Part shown: positions 24,536 through 36,485 of the stretch, in pieces | How the letters are laid out: every line of letters starts with the position of its first letter | How positions within the stretch are numbered: position 1 is the stretch's first letter | Notes under the pieces: generated by a model | Told to the model about the DNA's origin: nothing | What the model saw: the letters and a program-made list of their open reading frames with translations, nothing else | Databases searched by the model: none | Assembly: GCA_951406725.2 (NCBI GenBank) | Contig: OX597814.1 | Coordinates: 103,602,001-103,666,000, forward strand | Direction of reading: 5' to 3' | From: Octopus vulgaris | Taxonomy: Eukaryota | DNA length: 64,000 nucleotides | Made by a program: the position numbers and the translations under genes

Positions 24536-27500
24536 GTAATTGAGATTCTAGTGAATTCTAAAGAATTCACATGAATATGGTCCTTAACTAGGATGCACCG
24601 GATATCTATATGGTGTTAGCCATACGACAAGTGGGGTGATTATAAATAGGAAAAAAGCAAGAATGGATTAAAATCTCGGTACGATCGTTTCGTACGAGGA
24701 CATCTTTAATAAGCTACAAAAAATGCAGTGAATACAGATGGCTCGTACTCGTCAGCCGAAAAAATATCAGAGAATTCCCAAACATCAAAAGGGGTAGATA
24801 TAAAAGAGGTTGTAGGATTAACTGCATTGAAGAAAGTTCGATTCATGGAGATCTGATGAAAGGTTTTAAACCTATAGAATTTATGCATGTCTACATATAG
24901 CTCATATTGGATATTTGATCAAGTTGTATGAAGAAATTTTCGGATACAGTCATGCAAAATTTCTGAAAATCCGAGTAAGAGGCAAAGTGACTGCCACACC
25001 ATGTAGAGGAAAGTCTGAGTAAAAACATAGGAGAGATAGAGAGAACTGGTGCCATGATAAAATGCCTCTAGTACTGTTTGCAATGGAGTTGGTGCTTGGA
25101 AGAGTATCCAGTCATAGACACAAGCATAAAAAAATGGAAAGTATGAGCAAGAAAGAGGTTTGCAATATATAAAAAATGAGGAATTGTAATTAAGAACTGA
25201 TTGGGATCATGACTATCCAAACTGTTGCAAACAGACATAACTGGTGTTGATGATGATGATGGAGGGATTGTTGTGTTATGAGGTCAGATGACACTCATGT
25301 ATTTTTGTTGTTTTGGGTCAAGATAGGTATTGTCCCAATTTAATTAGAGAATAACAGATGTTAGGCTTTTGTGGAAGGGGGGAAATTACTTTCACTAGAC
25401 TATCCACCTATCCATTACCACAACTTCTTCGCTCTAAATGGTTATAATGGAAATAATGTCCTTATGCACTCTTATGTTTTATAGAAAAACTTTATGTACC
25501 TGTCATGACTTGTTGGGTCACAACCACTCCAAGTTGAAAATGTTGATGTGCAGCAGGAAAGGAAAAAAATACTATTTAAAACTTCGTGCAATAAAATTCT
25601 TAAATAATACAATTCTCCTGCTTTTGGTGTGACAATATAAGCACAACCAAGTGTTTCTTCTTTGAAAACATTCAAATAGCTTTCAACTTCTTTTCCTCAC
25701 TTTCTTCTTTGCCATTCTTTGTTATTACTGTTCCAAGTGAAATACATGGGTACTACAGCGTAAAGTAATGTTTTTGCAGTCATCACTGATGCACAATGAA
25801 AAGAATTCTGTCAGTGTTCTTCTCATGCTGTTCATTGACAGTCATGTATGTCCTCATTATTTCTGAGCAACATTCTTTGTTCACCTGGTTGATGAACTTG
25901 CAGTCTCACTATTGCAGGTGCTCTCTCATGAACTGAAAGTCCTAAAATAGATGCAATTGCTTCAGATGGACCAATATACCTACTCATTAAATATTGACTA
26001 ATTTTGTTATCAAAGCAGCTTGGTCATTTCCTTTCAGTGTGTACCTGATGACGTACTTAACTGACCTGACTGAGGCAATGATTTCAACATTGCAGTAGTA
26101 TTTGAATACTCTTAAAAGAGTCTCACTATAAGGTACAATCCATTTGTTGTTGTTTGTTTCTCCTTTCTTATGAGATTCATCTCCTCCCATTGCAACTGAT
26201 CTTTGTCTCTAAAGAGGTAATCTCTTTGTTTTTTCTGCCTTTTGATTAAGATTATAAGGATTAATATTTTATTTTAGATAAAATAGTAATTTTCTCTTTT
26301 AAGAACAAAAAAAAGAAAAAGAAAATCAAGAACCCATGATTCAAAAATTTCAAAAATATAGGGAGAATTTCTATCTTTCAAGTCTACGGCACTCACATAG
26401 AAAAAAGAAAGTAACAAGAAAAAGGAACGGACTGCTGTAGCTGGGCTGGCTCTTTGAAGTGTCAACATTTTTAACTTGATTTTTTTCCTTAACCCTTTCA
26501 TTACTAACCCGGCTGAAACTGCCTCTGGCTCTGTAGTACAAATGCCTTGTTTTCAAAAGTTCTGAATTAAAATCTTCCACTAAACCTTAGTCACAATTCA
26601 TGTTCCTAACACTAGCTGAATGATAACTAAGTTATTTTACTAAATTCATCATCATCATCATCATTTAGCGTCCGTTTTCCATGCTAGCATGGGTTGGACG
26701 GTTTAACTGGGGTCTGTGAAGCCGGAAGGCTTCATCAGGCCCAGTCAGATTTGGCAGTGTTTCTACGGCTGGATGCCCTTCCTAACGCCAACCACTCCGC
26801 GAGTGTAGTGGGTGTTTTTTACGTGCCACCTGCACAGGTGCCAGACAGAGCTGGCGAATGGCCATGAACGGATGGTGTTTTTACGTGTCACCGGCACGGG
26901 GCCAGGCAATGCTGGCAACAGACACGAACGGATGGTGCTTTTACGTGCCACTGACACGGGGCCAGACAGAGCTGGCAAACGGCCACGAACGGACGGTGCT
27001 TTTACGTGTCACCTGCACGGGGGCCAGCCGAGGCTGGCAACGAACACGAACGGATGGTGCTTTTACGTGCCACGGACACGGGGGCCAGACAGAGCTGGCA
27101 AACGGCCACGAACGGACGGTGCTTTTACGTGTCACCGGCACGGGGGCCAGCTGAGGCTGGCAACGGACACGAACGGACGGTGCTTTTATGTGCCACCGAC
27201 ACGGGGCCAGACGGAGCTGGCAAACGGCCACGAACGGACGGTGCTTTTACGTGTCACCGGCACGGGGCCAGGCGAGGCTGGCAACTAACACGAATGGATG
27301 GTGCTTTTACGTGCCACTGACACGGGGGCCAGACAGAGCTGGCAAACGGCCACGAGCGAATGGTGCTTTTACGTATCACCGACACGGGTGCCAGACAATT
27401 CTTTGTTATATTTAAAGTAATTGGAAGAAATTTCGAGCATCTCAAAATAAATACAGTAACGAAAGGGTTAAAGGGAGAAATGATTATTTTATTTGTAATC

Positions 27501-30500
27501 TTTATCATTTTAATGAAATGACAGGAAAACAGATGAACTTTGAGTTTTTAGTTGAGATTGGTCAGTTTTGCCTTTTACTTGAACCTGAAGCTTTGATTGT
27601 TTGAGATGAAATCTGTGTTTTCTCACCCAACAGACAAAAATCGTGACAGCAATGAGTTTGAACTCAGTGAAACTGAGGTTGAAATTTGGTTACTCAAAGC
27701 AAGTTTATTCCGGAAAATCTTTGATACTGTTTTCTTCAAATGTTTCAACTTGATAACAGATGTAAGTATCCAATTTTCCCCTCACCATTTCTTTTGGAAT
27801 TCTTAAAATGTTTTATGGGAAAAAATACTTTTAAAAAATATTTTATCAATTAGTGCCAAGGTTGTATTGTTGTTAAGAAGTGTCTCTCTCTGTCATGTGG
27901 TTCCAGGTTCTATTCTACTAAGCGCCATCTTGGGCACCTATTTTCTTCTGTGACCATAAGTTGACCAATGCATTGTCAGAGGTATTTGGTGGAGACTGTG
28001 CAGAAGCTTGTCATGTAGATGTGTAAAAAGAAAAAAAAAACCTGGGTTATTTCTTGGAGCATTTGACAGAGATTGGCAAAATAAGTAAATTGGAATAAGT
28101 GCTGTGATTGGTAGGATTTACCGGAACCTTTCAAGTTGTTGCTCCAGCATGGCCACACTCTTGGTTTAAACAAGTAAAAGAATTAAAAATAGTTCTACTC
28201 TGTTTATGTAGTTTAATGCTGTGTGTATTTATTGTCTTTTATTTTGAATGAAGAATTTTATTGATGTGCATCACAGGAAGTTTGAGTTTCTTTGGAAAAT
28301 GTCATCTGGAACCAAAGTTTTAAGATAAAACTGTAAATTTAAGAGAAATGTTATTTACAGTTCCAAGACAGTGATGTTTGCTTTTTTTTTTCTTTGTAGA
28401 AAGCTTTTTCTCATTTTTGGTTTTACAATCAATATTTTTAGTTCTATTTTGTTGAAGATTTCATCATCATCATTTGTCCATTTTCCATGCTGGCATGGGT
28501 TGGACAGTTTGACATGAGCTGGAAAGCCAAAAAGCTGCTCCATATTCTATAGTCTGTTTTGGCTTGGTCTCTACGACTGGATGCCCTTCCTAATGCCAAC
28601 CACTTTACAGTGTGTGCTGGGTGCTTTTTACCTGACACCATCACCAGTGCTTTTTACATAGCACCTGTACCTTTTACATGGCACTAGTACCAATGCTTTT
28701 AACATGGCACCATCACTGACAGGGTCACCAAATACCTTTGCAAAACAAACAAAGCAAAACCTCCTCAACTGAGAGTTTTGAACTTTATAAAAAAGTTGAT
28801 GGATAGCTGTAGAGTCTTTCTGTCTAAGTGACAAATTATTGAAGATAAAGAGACAAATGGCATGAATTGAGTTATGGGAAGTCTTACACTTGGTGTGTAT
28901 TTCTACTCTTTTGTAAATGTGATTGAGAATAAATACACAAGGGTCTAAACACATTTCATGTGATTGCTATTGGTATAAATACTTTAATTGTTCCGATGTT
29001 TAACCCTAGCTTCATGAAGAGACCAGACATGAAAACTAGGAAACAACTCATGGCATCTTTCACCCATCATCTTAAAAACTGTTGTATTTTTCCAAACCAC
29101 CAAGACACAATACAATGGAATCTTGGTTTACAAATGTCTCTCATCATGAATGAATTGGTTTATGAACATCTTGGGTGATGAATGGTGTCTTGAGTAACAA
29201 ACATGCAAGCTGGCAACAAGCTGGAAATATCAGTGGGAGGAGAGCATCAGTTGGTGCCCAGCTTTTGCTCATTGCACATCCCTCTTTGAATTTGCATTGC
29301 CTTCTCTTGAATTTCCTGTGGGAAGAATAGTTTGGGATTAGAAACATTTTTGGATGACAGATGACCTTCAGGAGCAAATTGAATTCTTAAACCGAGGTTC
29401 CACTGTACTGTATGTAACCAAGGGTCACTACAGTGCCACCTGCTGGTGAAATGAAAATACCAGCAACAGTAATAATTTTCTATCATAGAAAGAAGGTTTG
29501 AAATTTGAGGGGAGGTGTCTATTGGTCTCTCCAACTTCAGGGCTGGACTAGCATCTTACTTTATTAAACCTTGAAAAGATGCAAGGTGAAGTTGACTTTG
29601 ATAAGGTTTGAACTCAGAATATAAAGAGCTGGGATAAATATCAAAAGCATTTTTCCTGACACTAAACAATTCAACCAGTTCAATAATAATAATCATTGTA
29701 CATCTGCTTTCCATGGTAGCATGAGTTGGACATTTGAACAGGGCCCAACAGGCTGGAGGAGCCCATGTTTTGCTCCAGTGTCTCAGTTTAAAGTAGAGTC
29801 TTTATAGTTGGATGCCTTTCTTAATGCCAAAACATTTCACAAAGTGGTTGCCAACTGATTTCTCTTAAGCCCAGTTTTTCTCTCAACACATTTGTTGTTC
29901 ATACACACTTATGTTGCACATTCAATGGAGTGTGTTTGCTTCCTTCTTTTCTAGTTTTTGCAGCTGCTCTGCATTCATGGCGACCATTTAGCACAACTGT
30001 TAGTACACATTTCATGGTTTACTTTCAGCTCTGAGAGAGAAATAATTTGTTACCAATGGAATTAACAGATTTCTGAACTTTTGCCTGTTTGTTCATATCT
30101 GAACAACTATTTTTCAGTACATCCTCTTCCGCTGTTAAGTCACCAAGGTAACAGAAACTATCAGCTGACACTGGGAATCCCTTTGAATATTTGAATAAAT
30201 CTCTTTCCCATGTATCCTCACTTGTTATTGCTAAATATTTGCTATATACAAAGCCTGCTTTATTGGTTAACTTGAAAGTGATACCACTGCACTTCTTGTC
30301 TGTTCATAGTTTGCATTTGGTACAGTGCAGTCCTTCATGTTTGGGTCCATTTTGCAAAGGTGGGCACCATTAATTGAAAAGTTGACTTTGTTAACCATTA
30401 ATCTGTTAACCAATAAGTTAACTACAATAACCGGGAATCAGTTATTTCTATAAAAATGTAATGGAAGTTATCGATAAACCGTTAATGTTAATTTTTTATT

Positions 30501-33500
30501 ATAGAAAAAAAAACTAAAAATCAGTTTTTGCTCTAAAAACACCTAAAAACACCTTTAAAAAGTGCCGAAACTATAAAATCTGTTAACTTCAGTTGAATTG
30601 AAGTTAACGGAAGTTAACTCAAGCTGACTTGACTTAACCCTTTAGCATTTAAACCAGCCATTTCCGGCCAAAAGTATTCTACCTGTTTTATGTTCAAAAT
30701 GGCCACATCTGGCCTCTCATACCTATCCTTCAATGTCGTTCTAAAAATAAACAATCACATTATTGAAATGTTGAAGGCATGAGATAATGTAGGATTAATC
30801 TGAATGCTAAAAGGTTAGAATAGACAACATTATTGATGTGTGAGAATATAATTATCATTAAGTTAGCCACGACACAGTATTATTACTAAACAAGCCACCA
30901 TCTGACCATAAACATGAGAAATGAATTCTGAATAAGTAGCATTGTGTGGGGAGAGAAACAAATCAGGTTTTCTTGAGCTGAGGAGTTGCACCCTAAGCAT
31001 ATAGTTTTCAGTTACCAACATTCAAGGGGTTATACTTTAAACTAAAGCCTCAACCAAAAATATTATCGGGGCAGGGTTTAACCCTTTAGCATTTAAACTG
31101 GACATATCCGGCTAAAAGTATTCTGCCTGTTTTATGTTCAAACTGGCCAGATCTGGTCTCTCACACCAACCCTACAATATCATTTTGAAAATTAACAGCT
31201 ACCTCATCAAAATCTCATAGCTACAAGATAATGCATGATTAATTCAAAGCAATGTGGATAGAAAAGCATTAATTTTGGCAGAATAATGCGAACACTAAAA
31301 GGTTAATGGAAGTTAATAAGTCTGATAATGATTTCCAAAGTTAACTTAAAAGTTAAATTGTTTGCTGCCAAGGTTTGCCATTTTGGTTAAAGACCTTTAG
31401 TGTCTATTTGTATGATAAAGTCCTTTAATGTGTCTTTATATCAATAAAGTCCTTTAATCTGTGATTGTGTTGCTAAAGGTATTAAATATATATTTTTTTT
31501 TTAATAAAAATATTTTTCAGTTTAATATTACTGATGCAAGTGCCTCTTCTGTATTGGAGCATCAATTAATTCAGCTGCCTCGTGTTACTGGAGTCAATTG
31601 GAACAAATTTAATACACTTCTTGATTTCTCATCTCTAGTTTACCTTTCTCATCATCTCCCCAAGGAACTCTGTGTAAAATGGACCCTCTTATTCAGTAGT
31701 CGACTCCATGGTAACAGTTTTTCACAATTAATCTCATATATTCTAAATAAAGGGCCCACTGTCTTAATTATTCAAGACAAAGACAAGCATTGTTTCGGTG
31801 GAATAACCAACTGTAGCTGGCAACTGAGACCCAAATTTTATGGTGAGTACAACTATTTTTAACCAATTATTTTCTTCACTTATAATAATAATTTTATTAT
31901 TATTATTAATGATAATATTAATAATTTTGGAAGAAAGCTAGCAATTTTGAGGGGAGGGGCAAGTCAGTTACGTTGGCCTCAAGTACTTGATTGTTAGTTT
32001 GTTATTGATCCTTAAAGGATAAAAGACAACTTCCGCCATATTCCAGGGAGAAAAACTAGAAGTAGTTGATAGCTTCCGATACCTAGGTGATCAAGTCAGT
32101 AGCAGGAGTGGATGCTCTGAAAGTGTAGCTGCGAGAATCAGAATAGCCTGGGCAAAGTTCAGAGAGCTCCTACCTCTGCTGGTGACAAAGAGCCTCTCGC
32201 TCAGAGTGAAAGGTAGATTGTATGATGCATGTGTACGAACAGCCATGCTACATGGCAGTGAAACATGGGCCGTGACTGCTGAGGACATGCGTAAGCTTGC
32301 AAGGAATGAAGCCAGTATGCTCTGATGGATGTGTAATGTCAGTGTGCATACTCAACAGAGTGTTAGTACCTTGAGAGAAAAGTTGAACCTAAGAAGCATC
32401 AGATGTGGTGTGCAAGAGAGACGACTGCGCTGGTATGTTCATGTGGCGAGAATGGATGAAGATAGTTGTGTGAAAAAGTGCTACACCTTAGCGATTGAGG
32501 GAACCTGTGGAAGAGGTAGACCCAGGAAGACCTGGGATCAGGTGGTGAAGCACGACCTTCGAACATTAGGCCTCACCGATGCAATGACTAGTGACCGAGA
32601 CCTTTGGAAATATGCAGTGCATGAGAAGACCCAGCAATCCGAGTGAGACCATTCAAGCGAGGTCGTTGCCAGTGCTACTGGACTGGCTCCCATGCCAGTG
32701 TCACATAAAAAGCACCATTTGAGCACTGCCGTTGCCAGTACCACCTGACTGGCCCTCGTGCCAAAGGCACGTAAAAGCACCCACTAAACTCTTGGAGTGG
32801 TTGGCGTTAGGAAGGGCATCCAGCTGTAGAAACTCTGCCAGACCAGATTGGAGTCTGGTGCAGCCATCTGGCTCACCAGTCCTCAGTCAAATCATCTAAC
32901 CCATGCCAGCATGGAAAGTGGATGTTAGATCATGATAATGTGGTCTTGGTGGCATTTGAACTCAGAATGTAAGGAACTGAAAGAAATGCCACTAAGATTT
33001 CGTCTGATACATTAATAATTCTGTTAGCTCCCTGATTTGCTTGCTTTGCTGACTCTTGCTGCTGCTGCTGCTACTACTATTGCTACTAATGATAATATTA
33101 ATCCTTTCTACTGTAGGCACAAGACCTGAAATTTTGTGGGGTGGGGGATAGTCAATCATATTAATTCCAATATGTAACTGGTACTTATTTTGTTGACCCC
33201 TGAAGGATGAAAGGCAAAGTCGACTTCAGCAGAATTTGAACTGAGAATGTAAGGATGGACAAAATGCCACTAATCAGGTTGCCTGGCATGTTAACGATTC
33301 TGCCAGCTCACTTCCTTAATAATAATAATAATAACAATAATAATAATGATGATAATGACGATGAATAGCTCTGGGTTTGACTTGAAGCTGCATCCAAGGG
33401 TGGAGCTCTGGTTGAGTAGTTCCAGGGTTTGAAGAAGGTGGAACTGCCTCTTAACCACTATTGTTCCCAGGTCTATTCTGACCCTGAGTAGTAGCACCTG

Positions 33501-36446
33501 TGAGGGTCCCAGCTATGAGTTAACTAGCCTAGGCTTTGTGTGCAAGAGACTCTCTCTGATCTTGAACGATAATCCTCCTAGGAGATGGAAACTCCAGAAT
33601 CAACTCAGGTTTGCAGGAGTCCTTTATCCTCGGGTGGAGATCCTCTTAGTGATGGTGTCATGATTGCGTGAAATTCTTCGTAGCACATAAAAACTATATT
33701 GTGTCTATTGAATAATATTTACTGCTCACCAGATGGAGTACTTTCTTTGTTGATCTTACCATCCTGGAACATCACATTATGGAGTGGTTGTGTGGTCAGT
33801 AGCCTGTGCTTATTTCTGCGTAGCAGCCATACTGAAAGAAACAGTATGGAAGACGCGTGTGAGAGGCATAGTGACGGGTCCTTTTGTATCCGGCCAGGGG
33901 TTGGTTAACTATTTTAGTTACCACCTCAGTAGTAAGATCAGGCTGGAGAAGAGGTACCTGTTACGAGATAGATTCATGAAAAGATGGAAGCAATTGGCAC
34001 CAGGTAAGTGGAGTCCAAAAAAAAAGGAAAAGGAAAGAGAAAGCAAGGGTTCTACCCTGGTGATCGGATGCCTTTCCTTGAGAGAAGTCATTGCAAATCG
34101 CAATGAGTAACATGTTATCATGTAATTGGTAATTAATAATTTGTAATTTGTAATTTGTAAATAGTACTTTGTAATTTTTAAATTTATCATCATAAATTTT
34201 TAAACGTTATAGCAGCTACTACACCTTTTTATGTTTGTCTGTCCTTGTTTGTCCCCTCTTTGTAATGCCTTCATGGCAAATTTTATGAAATAAAGTAGCC
34301 TGTGCTTACCAACCACATGGTTCTGGGTTCAGTCCCACTGCGTGGCATCTTGGGCAAGTGTCTTCTACTATAGCCTTGGGTCAACCAAAGCCTTGTGAGT
34401 GGATTTGGTAGATGGAAACTGAAAGAAGCCCATTATATATATATACTAGCAGTATTGCCTGGCGTTGCTCGGGTTTGTAAGGGAAATAACTATAAAGCAT
34501 TTTTAGAGAGTTATAGCCAAAAAATAGCAAAAAAATGCATTAAAAATGGAAAAAAATGATGGTAAATTTTTTTTAAATCGTTGACTCATCGTAGACATTT
34601 TTAGAGAGTTACTTTCCTTTATAAAATAGCAGAAAAAATGCATTAAAATGGAAAAAAATGATGGTAAATTATTTTTAAAATCGTAGACTCATCGTAGATG
34701 CGCGCTAATACCCAGAAGGGCTCGATATGAATCACGACTATAAGATACCCGGTTTCGGTTAAACTGCACCGCAAAATGTGGGAGTAGTTAGGAATCTAAA
34801 TCGTAGGAGACAGACACACAACCTTACTTTTATATATAAAGATATATATATATATATGTATATATATGTGTGTGTGTGCATGTATATGTTTGTCTGTCTG
34901 TGTTTGTCCCCCAACATTGCTTGACAACTGATGCTGGTGTGTTTATGTCCCTCTAAAGTAGCGGTTCGGCAAAAGAGACCAATAGAATAAGTACTAGACT
35001 TACAAAGAATAAGTCCTGGCATTGATTTGCTTAACCTAAGGTGGTTCTCCAGCATGGCCACAGTCAAATGACCGAAACAAATAAAAGAAAAAGACTATAT
35101 ATATATATATTTGATGGGTTTTACTTCAGTGTATGTCTACCACAGTCACTCACAGAGTTTTGATTGTCCCAGGGCCATAGTAAAAGATACCCAAAGTGTC
35201 ACAAGGTGAGACTGAACCGAAGACCATATGCTTGGATGCAAGCCTCTTAACCACAGTCATACCTGTGCCTTTACATTATATTTCATTTGAAATATATTCA
35301 AATATTTTATTAATTAAAACAATAATCAAATTATGTAAAATATAATTGGTCTCATGTTGTAATAATTACAAGAATAATGTTGTTTCTTCAAAGCCTTTAC
35401 ATAAGGAACTAAAGTCAATTCTGTATTTCATGGCAATCAGAAATGTTGGTTTTTTTGATAAATTTTGAATGAAAACCCTGGAAAATAATGATTAATATTG
35501 GTCTCTGAATATCTTAGTATGGAGACTATCTCAGGAGAAATTTAAGACTGGCCGTCTTGAGAACTTCTGTATGATGATGATCTTGCTCTTATAACAGAAT
35601 ATCAAACACTAAGATGAGAAATACCAGCCATGGAAGCAGAATTGAATATCAAGATTTTAAAGTAAATCTATCAAAAAGGAAAATAATTCTATAGTATTTT
35701 TGGAGAGTCATAATATCAAAAAGAAACACACTCACTGGTTCTATTTTAGTTCTTTTATTATTATTAGCCAACTTGTTAACCAGTGGTGAAGGCATATCAT
35801 TGATGACATTGCAAATGATGATGAAAGAATCCTGATGAACCTAGCTGATTGATTGATTGATTGATTGACTGAGTGATCAATCAACCAATCAACTAGTTAA
35901 ATGGTCAATTAGTTGACTCATAATAACAAAAGTGTAATATAACCAGTGTGTGTGTGTGAGAGCATGTGTTTATTTTTGATTTAATGACCCACCCATGATA
36001 TAACAAAATTTATTCCAACATATGATTTCATATCAAGAATCTTGGAAACCAAATACAAAAAAGGAAAATTCTTGTAAAACCATAAAAAGACATCTTAATC
36101 TTCTCGGAAGAAGGGAGAAAAATAAGCTGGAATTTCATATGGTTGACTTTTATGTAAATTATTGATGCACAAGAGAGGCAGTAGGATCAGAGCAAGTCGA
36201 CAGAGAAGAAAAATTTGATAGGTGGTTGATACCTAGAATCAATGAGCAATAAAGGTATCCATACAGTTCTATATTTAAGAGATGAGGAATTATGTACATT
36301 ATTTACATTTGGATATTTGTCCTCATCTTGTTTGTTGTTAACACAATGTTTTGGCTGATATACCCTCCAGCCTTCATCAGGTGTCTTGGGGAAATTTCGA
36401 ACCTGGGTTCTCATTCCTAAGGTATTTTTCGATGTTATTATTATTA

Positions 36447-36485
<39 letters not shown>

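Larger units (their letters stand above)
30355..31377. mobile_element. Non-autonomous hAT-like element with GTTAAC-rich subterminal repeats
   Basis: 8-bp TSD CCATTTTG at 30347-30354 and 31378-31385; imperfect termini CAAAGGTGGGCA...TGCCAAGGTTTG. Confidence 0.75.
33781..35092 (+). mobile_element. SINE family A hosting a Tx1 fragment and a Helitron
   Basis: Pieces 33781-33812, 34309-34445 and 34843-35092 reassemble a full copy. Confidence 0.88.

Noticed and set aside
26812-27397. Regular repeat array resembling CRISPR, with overlapping ORFs
   Set aside because: Units are contiguous with no unique spacers, match the RTE 3'UTR, and the context is eukaryotic with no cas genes
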